NCBI RefSeq assembly: GCF_964355755.1
Contig: NC_092675.1
Coordinates: 17,084,912-17,148,911, forward strand
Direction of reading: 5' to 3'
Origin: Antedon mediterranea
Taxonomy: Eukaryota > Animalia > Echinodermata
DNA: 64,000 nucleotides
The position numbers were made by a program, and so were the translations under genes. Shown one piece after another: positions 13,431 through 24,560 of this stretch. A model generated the notes under the pieces. That model did not search any database. It saw only the letters and a list, made by a program, of their open reading frames with translations, and was not told where the DNA came from. The first letter of the stretch is position 1, and each line of letters starts with the position of its first letter.

Positions 13431-15753
13431 TTTGTATACATCATACATTCATTCATACACATTTATTCAGTTATAACAATAATAACTTGGGCACGCACTT
13501 TTTCAATTCTTTGGCTGAAGAGGAAGTGTGTTTGATCGGAGTTTACATTTTAGGAAAGCACCTTAAAAATACGCATTCGGCCGTCGGTTAAACTGATAAT
13601 ACTGGAGACAAATTAATGTCTGATATTCAAAACGGTATTAGGCAATTTAATTCGGATATGACTTAACTGTCTTTTCTAAATCACAGATTAATACGATTTA
13701 ACTTAAACATAAGTTATTTTTAGAAACAGTTTTCAAAATATAAATATCGTTGTTTTTAGTTACTAAATGTAGTCTATGTTTAAAAAAATAATTTCTGTTA
13801 TTTTTCAGAGACTATCGAGTACTATCGAATTACTATCGAATTACTATCGAATTATTATTACAGGTTGTAAATTCTGCCATATTTAAATATCTAATTGCAA
13901 AGGTGTTGTTTTCTGATTATTCTTCTTTCTCTCTTATTCATCATGAGGGAGATGGGGTACGAAATTGTGAATCATTTTACCCAATTAATTAATATCCCAT
14001 AGATTATTCTTTACTCAATGGTTATCCACAATAAGAATGGTAAGTCTAATTTATATTTTCCAGAGTGGAGATAATTTCCACACACTAGGCCACGCCACTT
14101 TAATGATATAATATTGTATTTTTACAATTCAAAAAGATATACATATATCAACAATGGCTTACTAGCAATAATGGATTTTCAAATTAAAAATAGTAAGTTT
14201 AGGAATCATGTAGCGGTTGAGGGATCTTATCCATTGCTTAGGGCATAACATTGCTAACCTGAGGCACTTTGGTAAGCCGATCCGGATGTTTTGCTTGCAG
14301 TTCTCTAAACTTGTCCATAACTGAAGTCAAAGAGGGAGGTATGTAACAAGATATTAATCATATTAGTCTTTAAATTAACTAAAATGAGTTGGAATAACAC
14401 TTTCGTGAACAATGCGCATGGCTGTAGATTTACAACTGGTTTTTATGCAATTTGGTACGGTTATCTTTTGATAGTTTTTATAAACTAAAATAATACAATA
14501 AAATACAATTATTTCAATTGTTATAAATTTAGCATTTGTGTTTATGCGGTTTCTTAATTTTGGATATAACCGTTTTATTTAATTTGGCAAAGCAGTTACA
14601 TCTTACTTAAACACACCTCATTGGGGTTCTTTTTCATCACTCAAAAGTTGTTCATGTTCCTGTGGAAATTAATATTCAAACAAATATTATCGGGGTACCA
14701 ACCAATGAAATGGTTATAAAATAATGTTGACGGATTACAGTAAATGTTGACGCATTTATAAGATGGAAGGATTTGAACCAATCACCGGTGTCTTCAAAGC
14801 CAGAATCCTTACTGTGCCTGAAAATTAGTTCACACTGCTAAGAATTACCCCTACTGTTTAAAATTACCACCCAAACACAATTATACCCTCAATAGTTATC
14901 AACAGTGGCTCTGCCACAAGGAATTCAATCATCATATGACAAAAGAAAAAACAGTGATGACAGCGTTACTAACAGTTGTGCCCCGGAATTCCCTACCAAT
15001 TAATGACAACGAATGACAATCTACTTAGATTTCATATGACTGTGTTCTAGGCCGTTGAACTAAAATCGCCTATGTGATAATAATTACATTAAAATCACCT
15101 ATGTGGTACAATAAATATATATCTATTCGCATCTACTATTTATTAGTACAGTTCTTTCACGTTTCCTCCGTTACCACACAGGCTTCACTAGTTCAATATA
15201 ATTGTTTTGCATCTCACTATTGTCTTACGACGCTAAACCAATGACGTTTTGTAAGGATAGTTTTTACTTTTTCTGCAATAATTATTGTAGAGCGATAGTT
15301 ATAGTGTACATAGATACTTTATAAAGAAATCGCGCGTTCTGCCTACAATGTTTACAAATCAACAAATATTATTTGCCACCTACCAAACCTGTATAGTACT
15401 TTGTTAAGCGGCGCTGTCGAATGAGCATCGTGCGCGGTATAAAGACGTGTGCTGTCAATATCAAACACACAGTAGTGAAATACGATGTTAACAGCTTATT
15501 AATCTACCTGTATTTGTATAATTCTGAGTAAAACCAGTCAAATGAATAAATAAATAAATACATTCAAACTAGCGACCACTGGAACCGCGGCAGCAGTTAT
15601 TGAATTGTTGCAATCGCATTTACAGTAGAACATATGTTTGTGTGACGATAGAGAGGGCGCACTACAACTTTCCAACCAACTCAGAGGAGCTGAGGGGATT
15701 AAAAAGATAGTACTGTACTATTTAAAAAGAATTTACTGCTTTACCAATTTTAA

Positions 15754-16313
15754 AGGCCAGATGCAAAAAATTTCTATTGATCATACATTCCAATAATTAT
15801 CGATCTATAGTTTCCTCTATGTTTCATAATTTTTGGGATTTTATTTGTGTTACACGAGCTTGTTAAAAATAAGCACTTTCTTATCAGTGGGGGGGGGGGG
15901 GGGGGGGGGGGGGATAGTTCAAATTACATAGTAAAATATCTATTCTTTTGTATACAAATTTTGTAAATAGAGAGGTATTTCAAAAAGCTATGAAAAATAA
16001 ACGGTGTGGTAAAAAATGTTATCAGATGACTAAATATAGGTAATATAACTTGAATTTACATTTCTGGTATTTTTCAACTTCAGATTTATATTTTTATCCA
16101 CCGTATATCCACCATCTTTTTTCACCTTCTAGGTAGTCACCAGACATGTTTTTACATTAGGTTAAACTATCTAACTACTGAAAAAAAAGTCTTCCTGGTT
16201 TTTATGTCAGAATTTAACCATATTAAGGGAAATTAATGTTTTTCGTCTTGATTTCTGTTACAAATATTTGATAACCAGATATTATATTTAAAATTCATGC
16301 CTCTACCTGAGCT
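15754..16313. mobile_element. Kolobok-type non-autonomous element (TTAA TSD)
   Basis: TTAA on both sides (15750-15753, 16314-16317), AG...CT termini. A second copy lies at ~55160-55823. Confidence 0.75.
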
Positions 16314-16544
16314 TTAAAAGAGAGCATACAAGACATTTTAATATTCCTACAGTAATCTTTTTATTTACATAAATTCTTACACTCATATTCGACCTAGCTT
16401 TACAATTTACTGTCACTATATCATAACTGCCAAAATCCAAAAACATGCTTCTCTGGCAAACAAACATCAAATCTGACAGGGAAGATGTACTCGATCATAA
16501 GTCTATTTTTAAAACACTTCATTATTATTGATGTATGCCAAGTA

Positions 16545-16635
16545 TTATTCTAAGTATGGTTGATCTGTGGATAGTTTCCATTTATGTTCACGACCGGGTC
16601 GAATAACCTTTCTCTTCGCAGGCAAGTCAGTGGTG
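16545..16635 (-). CDS. NDUFA7: NADH:ubiquinone oxidoreductase subunit A7, exon 4 (to stop)
   Basis: Acceptor TTTTTACAG|C. Encodes (S)TTDLPAKRKVIRPGREHKWKLSTDQPYLE*, with the family WxLSxDQPYL ending. Confidence 0.93.
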
Positions 16636-17286
16636 CTGTAAAAAAAGAGATTGACTTATTAATTTTAACCACTGCATTACAACATTAAACTTTAAAGATA
16701 ATTCTGTTATTTAAAAGGTATTGTTGTGTTTAGTTCTGCATCTCTGGGACATTTCTTTATTGAAATTTCTATTTATAAGTATTTATTTTTGATGATCCAA
16801 TAAATATATTTGAATAAATAATGGATCATCCTTAATAGAATCTAGAGAAACCAGATGAAACCTTTCACTAGCATTGCAATTTAATTTAATAAGTAATTGT
16901 GTATATACTTGATTAAATAAAAGAAACTAAGTGAAGTACTTGGCAAAATATATCAGGGAAAACTATATTTGGAGAGAGAGGGCTCACTATTTGATATTTT
17001 GATCAGTCCATGTTAAAAGAATACAGAGGGCGTGCTATTTAATATCTCATATGGACGATACAGGTAAGTCAGATTTTAATATAATAAGCTTTTGTGACGT
17101 GACCAATATATCAATTTTCCTGAAAATCAACAGCCATGTTCTGTAAGTATATATTAAAACCCAAACATTCAGATTGATAACTTCAAAATTGTGGACGCTA
17201 TCGTGCTAACAAACAAAGCAAGTACTATAACAATAGCTAAATTCTATTTTGGCAAATAATAACAACACTATTACTGCAGTGCTTAC

Positions 17287-17433
17287 CTCTCAGACTGTTG
17301 AGCAAGTTGCTTGACATCTGGTCTGTAGACAACACCTGGTGGTGCTGATAGACGTCTACCATCTCTTGTGAAGTAATAGTTATCGCTTACTATGTGTGAC
17401 GGACCATCAGGAAGGGCTGGCTTTGGAACATCT
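17287..17433 (-). CDS. NDUFA7: NDUFA7 exon 3
   Basis: 147 nt, TAG| ... |[33 protein letters not shown] matches the NDUFA7 core LPxGPSHxLSxNYYxTRDGRR. Confidence 0.95.
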
Positions 17434-17544
17434 CTATACATTTCACAGAAAACACAGAAATTGAAATGCAAATATTAAAATACAAATACTAAAATAACAA
17501 AAACAAATTTTTTTAAATATCATTGTTATATATTAAAATGATAC

Positions 17545-17597
17545 CTTGTTGATTGCTCAGGTCTGTATCGAAGTTGCAATGTTTTTTGTAGATCCCT
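17545..17597 (-). CDS. NDUFA7: NDUFA7 exon 2
   Basis: 53 nt, TTGCAG| ... AAG|GTATC. Encodes RDLQKTLQLRYRPEQST(R). Phases join both neighbours. Confidence 0.92.
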
Positions 17598-18659
17598 CTG
17601 CAAGATTCAACATAAATTGTTTAGTAGATACAGTACAAGGAGTTTACTACTCAAATAAAGTTGTGGTAGATATATATTAAAGCACTGTTTGTTTATACAC
17701 ATTTGACATTATTATTAATTATTATTATTATTATTATTTATAAGGCTGGTCAACTGTATCGAATGATTGCATCATTTAAGTTTTAATTAATTACACCTAT
17801 CCTTTGAACAGAATGATTTTCCTTTATAAATCATGGTTTGGCTCAGTGAGTAAAAAGCTGTGGCCATTGCTTAGTAGTACGTTTGAGTTTGAATCCCCGA
17901 TATGTGTAAATAATAAACATCACAGCTTAAACCAAAAAATCAAAACTAGTCCACAAAAAAGATACCAAACTTCACGCAAAAAATGCTAAATTTAAAAAAT
18001 ACAACCAAAATGTAAAATTTTGTGTCCGAGCGCATCATTTAATTTTGAGTTTATTAAATTATTATTCTAGGATAACTTAATTCATATTGATATAAAGTTT
18101 GCAGTACACCACGTGTATTAGTTCTAGACGTTTCAAATTCTGAATTCATATTTTAAAAAATGACTTATTGACATACTTCAATTCAATCAATGACAATGTG
18201 CACCTCGCATGCACATTGTCACACTTTCATCCCATATCCAGTGTTGCGCTTTTAATTTTATACTTAATCATCCTATCTATATCTTACTGCAATACTGTAA
18301 TACTAATAGTGACTATGTTATGTAGTTAGTAGGCCTAGCCTAGACTGTCGGTACCACCAACAACTCTCAAAGAGCAGCGCCACTAGGATACTCTCCTACC
18401 TTACTCTACTACTAGTACTACTACTAGGCCTAGGCCTACTACTCTAGTCTAGGGAATCACACTAGTACTACTAGTAGGCTAGCTAGGCCTAGCTAGCTAG
18501 GCTAGGCCTCTAGCTAGCTAGTAGGCCTACTGTACTGTTGCTAATGCTGGTCCAGAGTTAATATATCAGGCCTAGCCTACCATCCACACAAAAAATAACC
18601 CTAACCAGCAGAAGTATGATAAAGTATAAACATTATTATAAATTATTACAAATACTAAC

Positions 18660-18710
18660 CCCTGCTAAGAAATTACGAAGTCTTTGAATAATTGGCGTAG
18701 CGGTAGCCAT
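18660..18710 (-). CDS. NDUFA7: NDUFA7 exon 1; gene = complement(join(16545..16635,17287..17433,17545..17597,18660..18710)), 113 aa
   Basis: MATATPIIQRLRNFLAG (human MASATRLIQRLRNWASG). Donor GGG|GTTAGT. Confidence 0.93.
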
Positions 18711-18974
18711 TTTGATTTCCACAAATGACCTTGTGCATGATGGGAATAATTTCAAGCTCTATTATTATATTGGTAATTACATATGATAATAAGAATAAAA
18801 TTAATTAAAAATATTACTTTTAATAATAATAATAAATATATCATTTTAAAATAATTTTTTTGAAAAGAGATAGATTTTTTTTGGTGTTAAATAATCTTGT
18901 AATTCATATGTCAAAAAAGGACACGCTTGTTTCTGCCTTTTCGTCGCAAAACGTGATTTTGATCGTAATACAAA
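18711..18974. promoter_or_regulatory. Bidirectional NDUFA7/RPS28 promoter
   Basis: 264 bp between divergent ATGs. ZNF143/Staf-like site TTCCCATCATGCA (minus, 18734-18746). TCT/5'TOP initiator CCTTTTC 18936-18942. YY1-like GCCATTTT over the NDUFA7 ATG. Confidence 0.8.
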
Positions 18975-19001
18975 ATGGACAAGCCAGTAAAACTTGCAAA
19001 A
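18975..19001 (+). CDS. RPS28: 40S ribosomal protein S28 (eS28), exon 1; gene = join(18975..19001,21407..21577), 65 aa
   Basis: MDKPVKLAK, phase-0 donor AAA|GTACGT, downstream of a TOP tract. Confidence 0.9.
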
Positions 19002-19457
19002 GTACGTACTTAAGACACTGTTTCTGGAAAAATATTTACAATAGGTTAAAATAGAGTACTTAAAGAACAACAATATGATATATAAAGTAATTTATATTAT
19101 GTAGTTAATCAATGATTTGCTCCGGTGGCTGCTATCCGGCGGTCCCTCGGCCCTCCTGTGTGCATGTGAATGCACGTCAACAGCCTGCCCTTTCCTGCTT
19201 CAACGGTTTGCTGGGCTTTGCTTAGCGAGCGAAATGAGCCTAGGCTAGGCCTAGTTAACCAGAACCGAACGCTGAAAGTACGGATCGACCGGTTGTATTG
19301 TCTCACTTTTTCATGAAAACGATCTACGTTCAATTCAATATTTGGTATTACAACAACACGTAACATATCCATGCATGTATGTTACTGTGTGCGTCATATA
19401 TATAATAATTAATATGGAAAGCCAAAAACTGATCATCCAAAACTTATCTAAAAGAAT

Positions 19458-20230
19458 GGATTAGGCCAAGTTGAGCCGCCGACAAGTTGAGCCGCCGCCA
19501 GAAAAACGTTATTTTCTATGGAACGCCAAATGCTAACTTTCGCCGGTGCTCGTTCAATTTATGTTAGGGATAACGATGTAGGCCTACATTCAAATGTTTA
19601 TATATCATGGTTTTTAGTATATATATTATTAAATATTATAATTAAAGAAATAATTATGAAAATCTGGCTTGTAGATTCCAAAATATAAAACATCACCGAA
19701 AGTGATCGTTTTTAGCCAAAAATGACGTAAACATGTTGCCCCTCACTCAGTCGGCAGTTGTATGAACTAGGCCTACTCCATTTTTCGGTAAAATAATTAT
19801 ATAAAATCATGTTTTTTAGTAAAATATTTTGTGTATTAACATTTTAAAATTCAATAAAATATGATATTAAAAGATTAGTAAATAAAAAATAATATTCGAA
19901 AAATGTTAATACTCTATTAATTAGTCCTGAGAGACAACGTGACTTTACGTGGTAGGCCTACACGCGAGAAAAATTATGAGTGCACTGAATTTTTTCCTCG
20001 AAAGATTAAAAACAATTAAATTATTAAATATTACTACTTTCCTTTGCTGTGTTAATTGTAATAGGCCTATGTAATTATATATTATTTATTTTCATGACAC
20101 AATAAACCAAGACCATGAACTAGGACACCATCCTAATCACTACGCGAAATGTCGTAAAAGACGCATGCACTGGGCGTTTCATAGAAATCACCGGCGGCTC
20201 AACTTGTCGGCGGCCCAACCGGTCATATCC
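19458..20230. mobile_element. MULE/Mutator-type MITE A in RPS28 intron 1
   Basis: TIRs GGATTAGGCCAAGTTGAGCCGCCGACAAGTTGAGCCGCC / GGCGGCTCAACTTGTCGGCGGCCCAACCGGTCATATCC. 9-bp TSD TAAAAGAAT/CAAAAGAAT (one mismatch). Confidence 0.8.
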
Positions 20231-20242
20231 CAAAAGAATCTA

Positions 20243-21182
20243 CGCCGTGGTTAGGATTCCGACACGCTATTGCGCATGCCCAGAGCGAAGTAATTATAGC
20301 TTGCACCTACACCACCACACCGAGATTCGGAGTTTTAACTAGATTTAGATCGCGAGAGCAATGGATGAAACTTGACCTAGGCCATACATGAATTAATAAT
20401 TAAAATAAAACTACACCGCACATTAAAATAATTATTATGATATTGATAAGAATCGGTATCTATCTTAATCGAATGCTGTAATTTTATTAGACAGAGAATT
20501 GAAAGTATGAAGTTCGGAATGGGAAAAACACAGGCCTGCCCTGTGCCAAAACGAGCGATGCGCCTCTCACGTCGATTTCACATCCTCTCTCTGCCATAGT
20601 GTTATGTATCTGGGGTTCACACTACTATACATGTAATGATGTTTATGTTTTTGTGAATGGAAATAAAGAAACAAACAAACATCAAGGTAGAAAGGAATGG
20701 ACTCTGCACTGTTTTTAGCATATTCTTGTGTATTTCAAGAAATGTACGAAAGTGAATAGCGACCCCGACTCCCCGAACAGTTTTTGTTTTTTTCACGTCA
20801 ACAAATCAACTTGGTACGATTATTGTATGCACAGTATAATGCGTATATGAAATCTTTTTTTTGTACTTGAAAGAATCATAAAACTGTCATGTAATTATAA
20901 TTCATATATGAATGAAGCAACAACTTTTTTAATTACAAAATAAATAGGCCACTGGTCACATCTAGCTGGTACTGGTATTAGTTAGTAGCATCTAGGCTAG
21001 TGCTAGTAGCTACTAGCTATTTTACTACGCCGTGGTGGAGGAGCTTCGCGATGAATGATCCATCGCTGTAAGCTTGTAGAGTAGAGGCGCCGATCACTCT
21101 TCACCCTGGGCATGCGCAATAGTGTGTCGGATTCCCTAACGCCGGGCCGTTGAGTTCCGGTGCCGGAATCCTAACCACGGCG
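20243..21182. mobile_element. MULE/Mutator-type MITE B in RPS28 intron 1
   Basis: Perfect 19-bp TIR CGCCGTGGTTAGGATTCCG plus subterminal inverted block. Perfect 9-bp TSD AAGAATCTA (20234-20242, 21183-21191). Confidence 0.88.
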
Positions 21183-21406
21183 AAGAATCTATCTGGCACC
21201 TTTTTTTCTTCACTGCTTTTAGAAGAAAAATGTTCAATCTTTAAAAATCCTACGCTTATACTGTAATAAGATTTTCCACTAAATAAAATAAATGTTCTCG
21301 TATATGATTATGATGAGTCTCTGTTATGTTATTTTGAATATATATTTGTTTTTATGCTATTTTAAAATAAAGTAATACTGTATATTAATTATATGATTCT
21401 TTTTAG

Positions 21407-21577
21407 GTAACCAGAATCCTAGGTAGGACTGGCTCACAAGGTCAGTGTACTCAAGTTCGAGTAGAATTTCTTGATGAATCAAGTCGTTCTATCATCAGGA
21501 ACGTCAAAGGACCAGTCCGTGAAGGCGATATCCTGACACTCCTTGAGTCTGAGAGAGAAGCTAGGAGGTTAAGATAA
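21407..21577 (+). CDS. RPS28: RPS28 exon 2 (to stop)
   Basis: TTTTTAG|GTA. Encodes [56 protein letters not shown], canonical eS28. Confidence 0.97.
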   Translation, partial: VTRILGRTGSQGQCTQVRVEFLDESSRSIIRNVKGPVREGDILTLLESEREARRLR

Positions 21578-21749
21578 AATAACAGTATGTAAAAAAAGTA
21601 AGGATATGCTCTTTTACAGATTTGTCAAAGAATCGAATATAATGAATGATTACAAAATTATTTTTATTTTTAAAATAATTTAAGAAATTAAGTTTTATGT
21701 AGTACAGTATATACTGAAATAATATTGTATGCATTACCATCTTTTTTAG

Positions 21750-21915
21750 ATACATTGTTTGGAAGACTTTCATTCAAACCAATACAAGAAACCCAACACC
21801 ATGATTCCAGAATATTAAGGCAACAGTGCGGCACTTTGGATTAGATAAAAATTCATAATCTTCACAATCGTTGTTAAATTATAGATTATTGAATAAAGGC
21901 AACCAACAAGGAAAT
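21750..21915 (+). other. RPS28: Putative non-coding 3'-UTR exon of RPS28 (intron 21585-21749)
   Basis: Donor ACA|GTATGT 7 nt after the stop, acceptor CTTTTTTAG|, AATAAA at 21892. Confidence 0.65.
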
Positions 21916-22032
21916 CAATGTTATTATTTATTTTTTGAGCAGGAAACAATTTTCATACAAGCATAATTATCTTTTTTTACTAAAAATGTCTGTTTAAGTA
22001 GCAAAATAAACCAAAATGTGTTGATTTTGTAC

Positions 22033-22117
22033 ATGTTATGCGCGATTTGAACGATTTGCGCAATTTCAAATTGCGCAAGGATTTTTTTGCGCAAATCGTT
22101 CAAATCGCGCATAACAT
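22033..22117. repeat. Perfect 31-bp inverted repeat (85-nt hairpin)
   Basis: ATGTTATGCGCGATTTGAACGATTTGCGCAA (22033-22063) and its exact reverse complement (22087-22117), with a 23-nt spacer. Confidence 0.92.
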
Positions 22118-22619
22118 ACACACTGCTGCACTCCGTGCGTTTTGGAGGATTCCCCAATCTGTAATCATAATATGATTGGTGAAATACAATCATGCGGTAC
22201 AGATTTTTGGATGTGGATGTCCAAATCACTCACGCCGATACATCGTGATGTACATATCAAAATAGAGTATCAAAATCAATCGATGATTTCTCAAAATTGA
22301 CATGCACGATTGTGGAGAACTTTTGATATGTTGTTAACTATAAAAATAACATTGTTAATATGTTAAGAAATTCTAGATCCCTTACACTGGAACGAGATGA
22401 AACAATACAAACCACTGCTTATGGCCTACTACTAGTACTAGTCATTTTAAGTTCACTGTGTTTAGGCCTGTGGGCTTATTGTATTTCAAAACCCAAACCA
22501 ACAACAAAAATAATTCGCAAATATATTTATTAGCACTCGAAGTTTGAACATTTAGAATGTAGACATTTAGACCTTGCACAGTAGATGATTTGTTTTTCCT
22601 CTTGAAAGTGACTAAATTT

Positions 22620-23290
22620 ACAATGACGCCCTCTCTCGTTAAAAATAATATTTACTTTTTTTACAAACGTGGTTGTGTGTTGTATGTTGTTGAATTGGTT
22701 GTGAAGAACTCCCCGCACACGTCACGCACGCTGCAGCACAATCCACCCACCCACAATCAAATACACTGCAGGTATCTTTCGGGCACCACTAGCTTTAGTG
22801 CCTTTTAAATGACGTTTAGAGCCAAAAAAAGTGTAATATAGGCCGATCCATAATATATGTGTACTACCCACCACCGTCTTCAATAATGAACTAGCCTTAT
22901 ATACAAATAGGGCCTATTAGGAAAAATAATTTTTTAAAGTTGTCTAGGCCTAGGCCTAGGTAGGCCTCTAGGCTAGTTATTAGTAGGCCTATAGGCCCTA
23001 GGCTAGGCCCTATCCCAGCAGGTAGGCCCTAGGCCTAGTAGGCCTACCACCTAGGCTAGATCCATCCAGCAGGTACAGGTAGGTAGATATACATACAGTA
23101 TATACTATAGGCCAAGGATTAGTTATTTAGACTAAATTTTAGGCTAGGCTAGCCATACATGTGGAGGATACTTCCATTCAATGCCCATATAGCTAGGAAG
23201 GAGGCTGGCCTAGTAGACTACCTACTTTTCCAGTTTAGTCGGGAGTTTAGTGTTGTAGTAATTAGGCTAGGCCTAGTTAGCTAGCCATTA
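22620..23290 (+). promoter_or_regulatory. Putative promoter and non-coding first exon of an unidentified + strand gene
   Basis: CpG patch (CACACGTCACGCACG), donor CAG|GTATCT at 22771/22772, then a dense TAGGCCTA/CTAG tract like that in NDUFA7 intron 1. Confidence 0.45.
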
Positions 23291-23367
23291 TAATATAAGG
23301 GAAGAAGAGTAACACAGGCATTGTTGTTATGATTAGGCTGACTTATTTCTTGAGAAGGTAAACTAAA

Positions 23368-24560
23368 TATAATAATAATAAGATTTATACAGCGCACATA
23401 TCCACTAAAAAGTGCTCTAGGCGCTTGTGAAAACCATGAAACATATTTAACCTTAAACCTAAATACTAGGCCTACTGAAAGTTTTGACCAAAAAAAAAGC
23501 CGAATTAAAAACAAGACCAATAGAACTCACATCAATGCTTCCGTTTATTAGCAATTTTGAGGTGCATAGACCAGCCAGTACATAACTCACAGGTGATGTG
23601 GGTATCTAGCTAAACAAATTAAATCTTACAAATTGCCAAAAGCAGCCGACAGCAGATGTGTCATCAGTAGACTTACTTGAACGAATGTGTAAAGATAACC
23701 GAATCCACAGACAAGGAGCTGAAACAGAAAAAGACCTATCGCCCCATGAACGTGCAAATCTGGGCTCAACAAGGAAAAACTTGTCACCGGATCGAAGTCT
23801 TCGAGAAGGTATGTACCAAATGAGCAGCTCGCGAAGGTAATCTGGACCTTCACCATTTAGTGTCTTGAATGTAATCAGGAGTATCTTGAAAATACTCCTA
23901 TAACGGATAGGGAGCCAATGCAACTAATGTAATACTGGAGTGATGTGTTCAAATTTGCTTGTCCCTGTTATTATCCTACTAGCTGTATTCTGCAACAGTT
24001 AGAGGCACTGGATACTTGCCTTTGAAATACCATGAAGGAGAGAATTTCCAAAATCCAAACATGAGGTCACAAAAGCATGTACCACTTGCTCTGTCGCATC
24101 TCTGGAAAGGTATTTTCGTATTCTCTTAATATTGCGCATGTGAAAAGTTGAAGTGCTGGTGATTCTAGATATCTGCCTACTCATACTCATTGATAAGTCA
24201 AGAAAAATACCCAGGTTTTTTGCATTGGGTACTTGATGAATGTGACATTCTCCGATGTTGAGTTGGAGGTCCTCACATTTCTTCATTTGTTTGGGTGAAC
24301 CAAACACAATGAATTCAGTCTTGTCTTCATTTAGCTTCAGAAAGTTTTTCGACATCCAAGCTTTCAAATAAAAAATACAGTTAGTGAGAGACTCAAGAGT
24401 TCCTTTAATTTCAGCGGCACTGGGTTTAAAAAACACATATTTGAGTATCGTCTGCATATACATGATGAGAGAGGTTATATTTTGAGACAATCTCAGAGAT
24501 AGGAAGTAAATAAATAACAAAAAACTGAGGTCCCAAACCCTTGACCCTTGAGGAACAGAA
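23368..24560 (-). mobile_element. 5'-truncated L2-clade LINE (RT C-terminal part, 3' end)
   Basis: VPQGS, WMSKNFLKLNEDKTEFIVFG, VHAFVTSCLDFGNSLL, LHWLPIRYRSIFKILL..GDRSFSVSAP. L2-style 3' end AGCGCCTAGAG..GCGCTGTATAAAT(TTA)n. Frameshifted. Confidence 0.88.

Noticed and set aside
15889-15913. Poly-G/poly-C runs (also ~7200, ~7590, ~48020) as G-quadruplex elements
   Set aside because: Simple homopolymers, mostly inside TEs, and their lengths are error-prone.
18595-18606. TAACCCTAACC, resembling a telomerase RNA template
   Set aside because: Isolated 11-mer with no pseudoknot or H/ACA context visible.
19125-19240. HDV/CPEB3-like ribozyme (CACGTC..CAGCC..GCGAA)
   Set aside because: P1 gives only 5 bp and P2 cannot be formed; kept only as a generic structured-RNA candidate.
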